A DNA stretch of 64,000 nt. Origin: Candidatus Nitrospinota bacterium M3_3B_026 (lineage in GTDB: Bacteria; Nitrospinota_A; UBA7883; JBPRGF01). A program made the translations under genes and the position numbers. The notes under the pieces are model-generated. The model made no database searches. It had not been told where the DNA came from and saw nothing but the letters and a program-made list of their open reading frames with translations. Positions within the stretch are counted from its first letter, which is position 1. Each line of letters starts with the position of its first letter. Shown here one piece after another: positions 27,074 through 36,750 of the stretch. The stretch is taken from positions 128,001 to 192,000 of the forward strand of contig JBPRGF010000017.1 of NCBI GenBank assembly GCA_051418015.1, written 5' to 3'.

Positions 27074-28798
27074 ATGCCGACCACGAGAGAAAACCACTCC
27101 ACGGATGCCGCCCAGTGCCGGGTCTGCGGAGAGGCGATAAACACGGATAACCTGGAATGCCCGCTCTGCGGCGCCGTCCAGGAGTTCGACCCGCGCCGCC
27201 GGCGGGAGGGCAACCGCCCCCGGCGGTTCGAACAGTCCGTCGCGCGTTCCCAGAACCACAACGGACTGTACACGATCTACCGGAACTCGGACGGGAGCTA
27301 TTCCTGCACCTGCCCGAGTTTCATGAAGGGGAACTCGGAGGTTCGGCCCGGGTGGCCGGGGTATTCCTGCAAGCACATCAGGAACTATCTCGACGGCTCG
27401 GCCGGAGCGCCGGAGATCAACGGCCGCCCGCCCACCGAGTGGCAGTCGGCCGCGTTGAAGAAGCTGGGCGTCGCCGGGCCTGAGCGGCTCACGGACGCCC
27501 AGGCCTACTTCCTGATCCAGGACATCCTGGACTACCAGGGTGTGTCCTACAGGGAGTACGAAGCGATCCTGCGCGACCACGGCAGGGTGAGCGTTCTGCC
27601 CGTGCTGCCCGTGGGCGTGGAATTCGAGGGATACGTATCCGCCGAGGCCGGGCATCAGGGACTGGCCGGACGGCTGGTTCAGGCTGGAATACCGGCGATC
27701 GATCCGGGATACACCCATAACCAGTTCGAGGCCGCGGACGGCCGCCCGATGTTCAAGCTCGTGCCTGACGCGAGCCTGTCCAACGGGGTCTCCGGCTGGA
27801 CGCCCGTGGAGATCGTCACCCCCAAACTCTTCGGAGCGAAGGGGTTCAAGACCGTCGGCCAGGCCCTCGCCATATGGCGGGAGGCCGGGGCGAAGGTAAC
27901 CGCCTCCACGGGCTGTCACGTCCACGTGGACGCCTGGAACTACGAGGACCGGCTCCTGATCGAGCTCATGAAGTTGTGGGCCAGGATCGAGAGCCGGGTT
28001 CTATGGTGGTTCGTCTCGCCGAGCAGGCGGGGCAACTCCTTCTGCCTGCCGGTGACGGCGGATTATATCCGCATGGCGGCGAGGCAGGGAGTCACGAGCG
28101 TCACGCGCTACCTGTCGCTCAACGTCAAGGCGTTCGAGAGTTACCGGACGGTGGAGTTCCGGCTGCATCAGGGGACGACTTCGGGACGCAAGATCATCCC
28201 CTGGGTGATCTTCCTGATGAAGCTGGTGGAGGCCGTGAAAAACGGTCTCACCTGGCGGGACGTCGAGCCCACGCCGGACAGCGTCTTCGACGCCGTCGGC
28301 ATGGACGAGACCGCCACGCCGCGTATCCGGCGGGCCAGGGATTTTCTGGGTCAACGGTACGAGTGGTGGAGGCGCGACGCCGAGCGGAACCCCACCCACG
28401 CCAGGAGGCCCGTCGAGGTCGACCTGGACACCGTGGAGAGGGAGATCGAGCGAATAGTCTCCGGGCCGGGACGGGCAAGGACGCCCGTCGGCGAGGATAT
28501 CCTGCGGCGCAGGATGACGATACGCGCCCTGGCCGGTATGCGCGGGCGATCCCGCGAGGAGGTCATCGAGAACCCGGACGCGGGGTTCTACCACGTCCGC
28601 TCGGTCACCGGCTCCAGGATGTATCTCGTCACAAGGAGCGGCGGGGTTCTCAACGAGGACGACTCGCTGAGATGCTCCTGCCCGAGCTTCACCCGGGACG
28701 GGCGCTGCGTCCACGCCATCGGCGTGGCGCGGGCGCTCATGCGCGTCGTCGAGGCGAGAAGGGCCGAAGAGTCCTCCGCCGCGGCGGCGAGGAGGTGA
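27074..28798 (+). CDS. Zn-ribbon + SWIM + amidoligase (COOH-NH2 ligase type 2) + SWIM protein
   Basis: CxxC..CxxC; CTCPSF..CKH; GVEFEG, PDASL, EIVTP, TGCHVHV, RYLSLN, TVEFRLHQGT; CSCPSF..CVH. Confidence 0.85.
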   Translation: MPTTRENHSTDAAQCRVCGEAINTDNLECPLCGAVQEFDPRRRREGNRPRRFEQSVARSQNHNGLYTIYRNSDGSYSCTCPSFMKGNSEVRPGWPGYSCKHIRNYLDGSAGAPEINGRPPTEWQSAALKKLGVAGPERLTDAQAYFLIQDILDYQGVSYREYEAILRDHGRVSVLPVLPVGVEFEGYVSAEAGHQGLAGRLVQAGIPAIDPGYTHNQFEAADGRPMFKLVPDASLSNGVSGWTPVEIVTPKLFGAKGFKTVGQALAIWREAGAKVTASTGCHVHVDAWNYEDRLLIELMKLWARIESRVLWWFVSPSRRGNSFCLPVTADYIRMAARQGVTSVTRYLSLNVKAFESYRTVEFRLHQGTTSGRKIIPWVIFLMKLVEAVKNGLTWRDVEPTPDSVFDAVGMDETATPRIRRARDFLGQRYEWWRRDAERNPTHARRPVEVDLDTVEREIERIVSGPGRARTPVGEDILRRRMTIRALAGMRGRSREEVIENPDAGFYHVRSVTGSRMYLVTRSGGVLNEDDSLRCSCPSFTRDGRCVHAIGVARALMRVVEARRAEESSAAAARR

Positions 28799-28801
28799 GT
28801 C

Positions 28802-29743
28802 ATGTGCGGGATATTCGGCTATGTTGGCAAGTCGAGCTGGAGGACGTCGCTGTTGCTCCAGCAGCTTTGCATCGCCGACGAGGTTCGCGGCCGTCATTCC
28901 ACGGGGCTGGTCATCCAGTCCCGGGAGGACGACCACTGTTACCTCATGAAGCGCGCCCTGAGTGGAAGCGAGTTCGTGGCGGAAGGTCACACCGGGTTCC
29001 TGTTCGGCAGGAAGTACCGGATGGCCCTCGGCCACAACCGGTTCGCCACCCTGGGCGAGGTGAACAACCGGAACGCCCATCCCTTCGGCTTCAGGGTCGG
29101 AGAAGGTTGGAACTTCGGAGTTCACAACGGCGTGATCGGAAGCGAGAGGACGGTGAAGACCGTCGCCATGAGCTTCGGAGTCAAGACCACGCCGGACGTG
29201 GACAGCGAAGTCGCGTTCTGGTCGATCGCGAAGCTCGTCAACCGCGGCATGGATACCGTCGAGGCCATCGACAAGGTGACCGAGCGGATATCCGCCGTGG
29301 CGGATTTTTCGTTCGCGTACATGGACACCGAGAGGCGTTGCATCTACCTGTGGCGGTCGCCTGACCGGCCGCTGTGGGTGTTCGACGCGCGGTGTCACGG
29401 GCTTGGGCGGTGGTTCTGCAGCACCGAGGATATCTTCTTCGGCGCATGGCGCTCCATACGCGGGGCGCTGGGCGATCCGAAGGAGGTGAAATCCCGGGAG
29501 CTGACGCCGTACAGGCTGTACCGGATGGGGCGCGACGGGCTGGTGAGAAAGGTCAAAGACCTTTCCCACCGACCGCGGCGCGAGCCGGAAACCCGGCCGG
29601 CGGGACTCTCGACGATGTTCGGGATCGACGGCCGGGAGGATGAATGGGCATGGTTGGAAAACCGAAGACCCAGGAGAAAGAAATCCACGCCGAAGGAGGA
29701 TGAGCGGCTCTTCGAGGACCGGCTCCTTCCGGGGCTGTGGTGA
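28802..29743 (+). CDS. Class II (Ntn) glutamine amidotransferase-like protein
   Basis: MCGIFG, RGRHSTG, GHNRFAT.G, NAHPF, HNGVI, VDSE. Confidence 0.88.
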   Translation: MCGIFGYVGKSSWRTSLLLQQLCIADEVRGRHSTGLVIQSREDDHCYLMKRALSGSEFVAEGHTGFLFGRKYRMALGHNRFATLGEVNNRNAHPFGFRVGEGWNFGVHNGVIGSERTVKTVAMSFGVKTTPDVDSEVAFWSIAKLVNRGMDTVEAIDKVTERISAVADFSFAYMDTERRCIYLWRSPDRPLWVFDARCHGLGRWFCSTEDIFFGAWRSIRGALGDPKEVKSRELTPYRLYRMGRDGLVRKVKDLSHRPRREPETRPAGLSTMFGIDGREDEWAWLENRRPRRKKSTPKEDERLFEDRLLPGLW

Positions 29744-29756
29744 GAACGTCAACCGA

Positions 29757-29798
29757 CCCGCGGGCGCGGCTTACACGCCGCCCCGCGGGGGTTTTTTT
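29757..29798 (+). terminator. Intrinsic terminator
   Basis: cccgcgggcgcggc..gccgccccgcggg followed by T7. Confidence 0.6.
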
Positions 29799-29812
29799 GA
29801 GAAGGAGAATAC

Positions 29813-30082
29813 ATGATGGATATCATGAAGCAGTTACAGGAAGTTCGGAACTACGTGTACCGCGTGTCAAAGGCGACCCACGGGAGGGGCGAACTGGATT
29901 TCGCCAATTACGATTTGCTCGAAGAGGTCGAGAACCTGATAACCGTTACGGCGGGTCTGCTCGACGCCGTGAACCAGGCGATCGAGGAGATCGACGCCGG
30001 CGGCGAGCAGAGCAGGGCGTTCGCCGAGCTTATCCGCGTTCTTCGGACCGCCAGGGACAAGGCGGAAGGAAGAGCGTCATGA
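29813..30082 (+). CDS. Hypothetical helical protein
   Basis: aaggaga RBS; coupled to next gene. Confidence 0.6.
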   Translation: MMDIMKQLQEVRNYVYRVSKATHGRGELDFANYDLLEEVENLITVTAGLLDAVNQAIEEIDAGGEQSRAFAELIRVLRTARDKAEGRAS

Positions 30083-30555
30083 GCGCCGGCGGATACCCGA
30101 ACAGCATCGTCGAGGTCCTCGACGACGGGATGAAGTTCCGCAAGGGCGCGATTCGGACTTTGAGGACCTTCAAGGCCCACGTCGCGCGGAACAGGCTGCG
30201 AGGTTACAGGGACCCGCAGATCGTCCTGCGCCGGTATCAGGCCATGCGCTGGCTCGTACAGACGCTGGCGCTGGTCTACCGGATACCGGTCCCCGAGCTG
30301 CGGCTCGGCCGGATCACCGGAGAGCGCGGCTCGTCCGGTATCAGCCGGTACATCCCCGGCGCGAACGTGATCGTCCTGGAAGGCAGACTGTCCGTCCTGA
30401 CGCTTCTGCACGAGCTGGCGCACGCGCGGGGCATGGACGAACGCAAAGCCGTCAGGTGGAGCGTGAACCTGTACCGGCGGGTCTATCCCCGCCACTTCGA
30501 AAAGCTGATGGAGCGCAACGGAGGCGGCCTGGTGGGCCATTTCCTGAGCGCGTGA
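30079..30555 (+). CDS. Zincin-like (HExxH) metallopeptidase-domain protein
   Basis: TLLHELAH; ATG overlaps previous stop. Confidence 0.65.
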   Translation: MSAGGYPNSIVEVLDDGMKFRKGAIRTLRTFKAHVARNRLRGYRDPQIVLRRYQAMRWLVQTLALVYRIPVPELRLGRITGERGSSGISRYIPGANVIVLEGRLSVLTLLHELAHARGMDERKAVRWSVNLYRRVYPRHFEKLMERNGGGLVGHFLSA

Positions 30556-30562
30556 GTCTAAC

Positions 30563-30599
30563 GGCCGCCGATGGTATACGCCACGGCGGCCTTTTTTTT
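30563..30599 (+). terminator. Intrinsic terminator
   Basis: ggccgccg..cggcggcc followed by T8. Confidence 0.7.
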
Positions 30600-30734
30600 A
30601 CGCGCGGGGTCCGGCCTCCGTGTTTGTTTGTTTTTTAATCCTGTTTGTTTGTACGTCGTTTTTTAAAAGTTTTTTCCCTTGGTTTTTTGTGTTTTTTTCG
30701 GGGCTGTCCGCCAGGCTTGGTATACTGCCTGATA

Positions 30735-31484
30735 ATGGCCACGCAATCACTCATCGAGTGGACGGAACAGACATGGAACCCGTCCACAGGCTGCTCGAAG
30801 ATCAGCCCAGGCTGCAGGCATTGCTATGCGGAGGCCATGGCCCGGAGGCTGCGCGCCATGGGAGTGGCGGGGTACGAGAACGGTTTCAAGCTCACGTTGC
30901 ATCCCGAGCGCCTGAATCAGCCGCTGAACAGGAAAAAGCCCACGGTCTATTTCGTGAACTCGATGTCGGACCTGTTCCACGAGGATATCCCGGACGGCTT
31001 CATCGACCAGGTTATGGAAGCGATCCGGCTCACGCCCCGGCACATCTACCAGATACTCACCAAGCGGGCGGAACGCATGGCGCGGTATTTCGAAGCGCGC
31101 GGGGAGGCTCCGGTCAACGCCTGGCTGGGAGTCACCGTCGAGGACCGCAAACACGGGATACCGAGGGCCGATCTTCTCCGGCGAACACCGGCCGCCATCC
31201 GGTTCCTCTCCATGGAGCCGTTGCTCGAGGACCCTGGGGCCTTGGACCTTTCCGGCGTCCACTGGGTCATCGTGGGCGGCGAGTCGGGGCCGAAAGCCAG
31301 GCCGATGCGCGCCGGATGGGTGGAGAACGTCCGGGCCCAGGCCGAGGAGGCCGGCGCTGCCTTTTTCTTCAAGCAGTGGGGCGCATGGGGCGCGGACGGC
31401 AGGCGCAGGAGCAAGAAGGCCAACGGACGGCTCTTCAAGGGAAGAACCTGGGACGAGACGCCGGCCGTGGCCGCGGCGGCCTGA
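30735..31484 (+). CDS. DUF5131 (phage Gp37/Gp68) radical-SAM-like protein
   Basis: IEWTEQTWNP.TGC.KISPGC.HCYA, FVNSMSDLFH, WVIVGGESG, FFFKQWG. Confidence 0.9.
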   Translation: MATQSLIEWTEQTWNPSTGCSKISPGCRHCYAEAMARRLRAMGVAGYENGFKLTLHPERLNQPLNRKKPTVYFVNSMSDLFHEDIPDGFIDQVMEAIRLTPRHIYQILTKRAERMARYFEARGEAPVNAWLGVTVEDRKHGIPRADLLRRTPAAIRFLSMEPLLEDPGALDLSGVHWVIVGGESGPKARPMRAGWVENVRAQAEEAGAAFFFKQWGAWGADGRRRSKKANGRLFKGRTWDETPAVAAAA

Positions 31485-31549
31485 CGCTCCCACTTGACAG
31501 CGCCAAGGCGCCAATGAGAAATTAAAGATCAAAGAATCCCGGGGGCCAG

Positions 31550-32125
31550 ATGAGAAACAAGCCGAAGACAGCGTATACCGTTAACAAGGATAAACTTATC
31601 GCTACGCTGCTGTACGTGGCGCAAAAACTCATACAGCGGCGCGGGAAGCTGAGCGCGGATATACACCGCGTTTTCAAGATCATGTATTTCGCCGACCAGG
31701 AGAGCCTGGTCCGCTACGGGCGGCCAATCTCCACGGACCAATACGACGCGCTCCCTTACGGACCCGTCCCATCGAACGCCTATGAGATAGTCAAGACCAT
31801 ACGCGGAGACACGGTGTTTCGATCGGACGATTTTCAGGGTTTGCTCGAAGTGAAGGACAATAAATATATCACCCCGCTTACTGCTCCGGACATGGACGAG
31901 TTCTCGGAATCCGACCTGGAATGCCTGGACGAATCCATCGGGAGGCATTGCCGGATGAACTTCGATACCCTGACGGAAAAATCGCATGACAAGGCGTGGA
32001 ATCGAGCGTACAAGAAAGGCTATTCCACCCTTTCCCTTGAGGAGATCGCCCAAGACGGCGGCGCCGGGCGAGCCATGCTGGACTATATCCGGGAGCAAGC
32101 GGAAAACTCCGGCCTGTTCAAGTGA
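31550..32125 (+). CDS. Panacea (DUF4065) antitoxin
   Basis: FKIMYFAD...YGRPI...ALPYGPVP...L.EKSH..AW. Confidence 0.85.
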   Translation: MRNKPKTAYTVNKDKLIATLLYVAQKLIQRRGKLSADIHRVFKIMYFADQESLVRYGRPISTDQYDALPYGPVPSNAYEIVKTIRGDTVFRSDDFQGLLEVKDNKYITPLTAPDMDEFSESDLECLDESIGRHCRMNFDTLTEKSHDKAWNRAYKKGYSTLSLEEIAQDGGAGRAMLDYIREQAENSGLFK

Positions 32126-32128
32126 TCC

Positions 32129-32593
32129 ATGGCCGGAGGATCGTTCCGCGATAAATTCCCGCGCGAGTGGTTATCTGGCCTCGCCGAAAAACATTTTAAG
32201 CCCGGAGTGGTGCTCCGTTTCCACGTCAAGGACACATACCCACCGAAAATCAAGCGCCTTGTTGTCATAGCCATAGATCGCAAATCGGATGGCTTTCTGG
32301 CCGTGTATTTCAACTCATCCGTTAATCCTCATGTTTTACGCACGGACCATCAGCGCCAGTTACAAATATTTTTTGAGAAGACGGAAGACAGGCCATATCT
32401 TGCCCGCGGCTCTTATCTCGATTGCTCGAATGTCCATGAATTTCCGTTGAGCAAAATAAAAGGCTCTCTAACCGGCAATCCAGGCAAATGGATCGGCGCG
32501 CTCTCCGGCGAAGAGCTTGAGCAGGCTATCGGCAAGTTGCGCGGCGCGAAAACTGTTTCCCCGAAGATCAAGAAAAGATACGGGCTATTATAA
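32129..32593 (+). CDS. Probable toxin (PemK/MazF-like fold) of a PanAT pair
   Basis: Directly after Panacea; PPK.KRLVVI, YL...SYLDCS. Confidence 0.6.
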   Translation: MAGGSFRDKFPREWLSGLAEKHFKPGVVLRFHVKDTYPPKIKRLVVIAIDRKSDGFLAVYFNSSVNPHVLRTDHQRQLQIFFEKTEDRPYLARGSYLDCSNVHEFPLSKIKGSLTGNPGKWIGALSGEELEQAIGKLRGAKTVSPKIKKRYGLL

Positions 32594-32627
32594 AGGATGG
32601 CTCAGGGATCAATGGGGCGGCTCCGCC

Positions 32628-32740
32628 GTCCATAAAACATGTGTTTTATGGACATGATTTTCCGCCAGCGACGGGCGTTGGTTTTCAAAGCATTGCGGAC
32701 GCGGGCGCATGGGGGTTTTGTGGACAGTTGTCAGAAAATG
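32628..32740. other. res-like inverted repeats (serine-resolvase site candidate)
   Basis: gtccataaaaca-tg-tgttttatggac, plus related half-site gttttgtggaca at 32715. Confidence 0.5.
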
Positions 32741-32756
32741 GAAAAGAAACAGTGAC

Positions 32757-33066
32757 ACTGGCCGCTTTTGAGGCGCCCATCATTGGCCGGTTTTAAAGTG
32801 CCCACTGACAATCGGCGACCCGACGCTCGCCGACGCCATCCTCGACCGGCTCATCCACAACGCCTACAAGATCGTTTTAAAGGGTGAATCCATGAGAAAA
32901 ACGCGATCGAAGTTGACGAAAACCGAGAGCTGATGGAAGATTAACGAACCAGCGCTGCCACGCCCCGGCGGGGGGGCCGATTTGCTCCGGAACGGGTGGC
33001 CGGTTTGAAGTGAAACACCCGGCCGGTTTGCCCCGGAATTACCGGCCGATTTGACCGGAATGCGCA
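32757..33066 (+). mobile_element. Nested IS21-family remnants (two right ends plus istB 3' fragment)
   Basis: End ...tggccggttttaaagtgcccactgaca (32810); 32811-32933 encodes [30 protein letters not shown]; repeated ccggtttg/ccgatttg units ending ggaatgcgca (33066). Confidence 0.8.
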
Positions 33067-33075
33067 CACCCTTGC

Positions 33076-36000
33076 TTATCCGTGCCCTTTGGCCAAGCTG
33101 ATCTCGAAGTAGCGGGTTGCTCCCGTTCCCTGAGTGAATCGTGTGACATCAAATTCTTTCGGGCGTACATACCAGCACTGGGAGACCTTCACAGCAGCAG
33201 CTAGTGCCGCACACGCAACGGCCTGCAACTTTGATCCCGTCAGGCCGATTTCGAAATTCATTCCTTCCTGCACATACCAGCGATGATGCATTGCGGTTAG
33301 GTGTGTGTGAACACCAACAAGATCGTCTGTATCGAGTGCTTCCACATTTGTACTAGGATAGTTCTGCTGTACGAAATCGGCAAATACATTAGCTAACTGA
33401 GCACGGGGCGTTGTATCATCGTGTGTAATAAGCTCAATTCTGTCATACTGCCTTTCATCAAGCAGGGACAAGAGTCTTTCATGCTTGGGTGATGAGAAAG
33501 CGCATAGCGCACGCCGCCGTGAGTCATCCGCGTCGCTGTCCATCAGGGCATCTATGGAATAGGGTCCCTCCTCCCCAGTCAATACTCCGCTTAAAGCGTC
33601 TAGAAGCGTGTAATAATCACGATCTTCTGCAGCTTTAAGTATTGGGGCAATATCCTCGTTTTTCGGATAGTGAACTTCAGCTTTTGTGTGACACACCAAG
33701 ACAGAGCCTTCCGAGTTTAAGGACCACCGGACTGCATGGAAAAGGGCTGGTTTTGCAAGGCCAGTAATATCAACAAGAGTTCGGCCAGGGGCGACGCTCA
33801 GACCATGTTCGACGACAGCCTCATAATCAATCATATCGACTGGGACGTCGCACCCGGAAAGCGCTTCATATATCTCCCTTGATTTGCCCTCTTCCTTGTA
33901 TTGTACTGCTACCGCACGTGTCGGCCGAGTAACTTCTAGGATACGCCTTATGGACTCCATCGTCCGGCCCTCGAAGCCAAGGCCCAATACTAAAACATCG
34001 ACAGGTATCCCCCGTAACACTTCATCTGAAACTGGGCGGCAATGTGGAACCTTTGAGGTAATCAAAGCTTCTTTCCTATGATCATCAGCAGCGGCCTGGC
34101 TAGTTGTTGGTTTCTCTGGTAATGACGACGGTCGTATCACATCGAAAAGGCTGCATTGTACAGACCCCATATCGTCTGAGCCTTCGCTATCTTCCACCAA
34201 ATCATCACTAATATGCTCGGGCACCTCCTCCAGACCACCAAGATTGCGCAACAGAATCTCTTTGCCGTTTTTTGGGTTGAACAGCCATTCCATCAAGTCC
34301 TCACCAGATAGCTCGAACCTATCCCTTTCAGCCAACCCAATAAAATTTGAAAGCCCATATAGTTTACGAAAAGCGAGCTTGAACTGCTGTATCGGGTCGG
34401 AGTCTCTTGTCTTTGTGCGATGGGTTCCACCGTTGAGCACAAATACCCCGGCGTCGATCAGTTCTCGAATTTGATCATACTGTTTTTCAGTCTCCCCCTT
34501 TGTCAATCGAACATAGACCTTCAGGTACTGTCGTAGCCGCAGCTTCTCGTCTCCTTTTACCTTAGCCTTCTTGTATGATTGCATGAGTAGCTCATGAGAT
34601 GCTTCCGCGAAAGCCAAAGCATGATCTTTCAGGATGCTGCTACGCCGGTTGAGATCGTACAATCGGCGGCTACAGAAGTCCTGAAAGCATTCTGATTGTA
34701 AATTAGGCGACACCGGATACTCATTACTGCTCGCCCGGCGCAGGATCAGCTCGTAGATGCTGATGACATCTCCGATGTCCCCCACACACACGCGGGCCAA
34801 AGCACTTATCCCATGGTAGACGCGCTTGCGTTCGGCAGAGGTTTCAGCAGTCTGTGCGATACGTGAAGCGATTGACTCGAGTGTCGTGTCGCCGAGTATG
34901 GCGCTGGGACGCACGTCCCTCGGATGAAACTCGTAGTGTTCAGCTCGGCGTGCCAAGATATCCTCCACGAAGGCAACGCCTTTCCGTGTCCCCGTAAGTT
35001 CATTCACCTCTGTTCCCAGATCAAATACATCGTAGTCTCGGCCTGCCCGAGCGCGTTCTATCTGTCCCGGCGAGCGGAGGATAAGCTCCAGCGTTTGCGC
35101 TTCTGTCGTAAGCTTGAAAGCGCATGCTGGATCTGCAAACAGAAGCGAAGACATAAGAGATTGGATATTGGGCTCACGCAAGAATCTAGTAGATACATCA
35201 TCCAACAAAAAGAAGACCATATTTTTGTTCCATACGTCCGAGCAGCTGACAATAGCGCGCGCGAGGTACGGGAATACCTCTGCTGGATTGGCTGTCATAA
35301 AATATTTTCTGTCTCCTCTGCTGAGTCTTACGCTGATGTTTAAGAGAACCCGCTCAAGTTCGAATTCGGTTGCGGCGGTTTTCGCGTCTTCTCCTCCTTC
35401 TACAAAGGCTGACACGGCGTTGCCGATCTCTCGAAAACCTGATGGCCTAATTGTTCGGTCATCCAACTCGCGTAAGTGTCTCATGGCTCTCAACGCTTCA
35501 ACTGCGTAGTGAACGAATAACCTGGCAAACGGTTCGTGGAATCGTGCAGTCGGTTTAGCTAGATTATCAAGTAAGCGCGTACATGACGCGTACAAGCCAA
35601 TATATCCGTCGTTCGCAAGTCCCTTATTACCTCGCACACTATTCTGAGCCGCGTAATACGTCGCCCTAGCATGGAATTGTAGAGCTCGTAAAAGCATCGT
35701 CTTACCTGAGCCGCGCATCCCGGTAATGACTTGGGGTCCCCGAACACTTATGGCCGCCAACCATCGCTCGTCGGGGTCTACCAAAAGGTACGGTACGAAC
35801 CACGGTGCCAATGTTTGCGCGTTGTAAGCGTCGTTGAACCGTCGCAAGCGGGGTTTTTCCGTCCATGGTGAAGATACCTGACGTACAGCTGTCCGAATGT
35901 CCTCGATGCATTCATCAAACGTTGGAGCGCGTTGCGAAGTAGCGACGGGCGAGAGCAGGTGAGCGCGCTCCTCAATGACGCTCGCGAGCCTATAGTCGAT

Positions 36001-36750
36001 GTCGGAAACTCCATCCGGTTTTGAGAGAAGCTTATCGGCAAGGCTTCCTAGGTGCTTAACGGCCCAGTGCAGATCGCCGTACCGTTGCTCTTCCGGGTCG
36101 CTCTTGCTCTCATCGGCTGCTGAGTTCAGGTCAATCGCCACGAGTCTGATTAGAGGTTCCTCAGCATCGGCACGACGAGCGGATTCGGAAAGGTTCTCCA
36201 GAATTAGATTCCCTGCGTGCAGGTCATTGTGGCGTACTTGCTTGCTTTCAAGTTCTCCAAGAAGTGAGAACAGATCAATAGCAATTTGTGCGACAGTATT
36301 GGAGGATACATGTCCTTCCCCAACAAGACATTGCTGTAGAGTTCTACCGTTCACATAGTCCATCTCGGCAACGTGGCACACCAGTTCAATATCATTGAAC
36401 TGGATTGGAACATTCAATTTCATATCATGAATGTCGATAATGTGCTGCGAGGCTTCGGCCGCTTTCGCGTGCTCACTGCATTCGGCCTCGAAGTCCTTCG
36501 AGAATGCCTCATAGAGTTTGCTCGGCACGACCTTCAATACACGCTTTCGCTGGAACGGGCCAACCTCGGCCACATACGTTACCGAGTAGAAGCCCCTGTC
36601 GAGCGCTTCCATGACACGATAGTTGCCTATCGCTCTCGGCATATTGATCAATGGGAACCCAAATGGCCGTCCACAATCGGGGCAACGATCACTAAGCGAC
36701 CGGTCTTCAGCACTTGGTTTCGGATCAATGAAGCAACACAGCTTAGGCAT
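33076..36750 (-). CDS. Ser/Thr kinase-like + ORC/CDC6-like P-loop ATPase + tandem CARF-like Rossmann domains
   Basis: LDRGFYSVTY, VLKVV, HNDLHAGNL, IDLN; Walker A GMRGSGKT, Walker B FLLDD; LGLGFEGRT, VDITGL, TGSKLQAV; gaggagg RBS. Confidence 0.7.
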   Translation of the reverse strand: MPKLCCFIDPKPSAEDRSLSDRCPDCGRPFGFPLINMPRAIGNYRVMEALDRGFYSVTYVAEVGPFQRKRVLKVVPSKLYEAFSKDFEAECSEHAKAAEASQHIIDIHDMKLNVPIQFNDIELVCHVAEMDYVNGRTLQQCLVGEGHVSSNTVAQIAIDLFSLLGELESKQVRHNDLHAGNLILENLSESARRADAEEPLIRLVAIDLNSAADESKSDPEEQRYGDLHWAVKHLGSLADKLLSKPDGVSDIDYRLASVIEERAHLLSPVATSQRAPTFDECIEDIRTAVRQVSSPWTEKPRLRRFNDAYNAQTLAPWFVPYLLVDPDERWLAAISVRGPQVITGMRGSGKTMLLRALQFHARATYYAAQNSVRGNKGLANDGYIGLYASCTRLLDNLAKPTARFHEPFARLFVHYAVEALRAMRHLRELDDRTIRPSGFREIGNAVSAFVEGGEDAKTAATEFELERVLLNISVRLSRGDRKYFMTANPAEVFPYLARAIVSCSDVWNKNMVFFLLDDVSTRFLREPNIQSLMSSLLFADPACAFKLTTEAQTLELILRSPGQIERARAGRDYDVFDLGTEVNELTGTRKGVAFVEDILARRAEHYEFHPRDVRPSAILGDTTLESIASRIAQTAETSAERKRVYHGISALARVCVGDIGDVISIYELILRRASSNEYPVSPNLQSECFQDFCSRRLYDLNRRSSILKDHALAFAEASHELLMQSYKKAKVKGDEKLRLRQYLKVYVRLTKGETEKQYDQIRELIDAGVFVLNGGTHRTKTRDSDPIQQFKLAFRKLYGLSNFIGLAERDRFELSGEDLMEWLFNPKNGKEILLRNLGGLEEVPEHISDDLVEDSEGSDDMGSVQCSLFDVIRPSSLPEKPTTSQAAADDHRKEALITSKVPHCRPVSDEVLRGIPVDVLVLGLGFEGRTMESIRRILEVTRPTRAVAVQYKEEGKSREIYEALSGCDVPVDMIDYEAVVEHGLSVAPGRTLVDITGLAKPALFHAVRWSLNSEGSVLVCHTKAEVHYPKNEDIAPILKAAEDRDYYTLLDALSGVLTGEEGPYSIDALMDSDADDSRRRALCAFSSPKHERLLSLLDERQYDRIELITHDDTTPRAQLANVFADFVQQNYPSTNVEALDTDDLVGVHTHLTAMHHRWYVQEGMNFEIGLTGSKLQAVACAALAAAVKVSQCWYVRPKEFDVTRFTQGTGATRYFEISLAKGHG

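Noticed and set aside
32975..33066. Short regularly spaced repeats resembling a mini-CRISPR
   Set aside because: They are IS21 terminal repeats after istB; no spacers or cas genes
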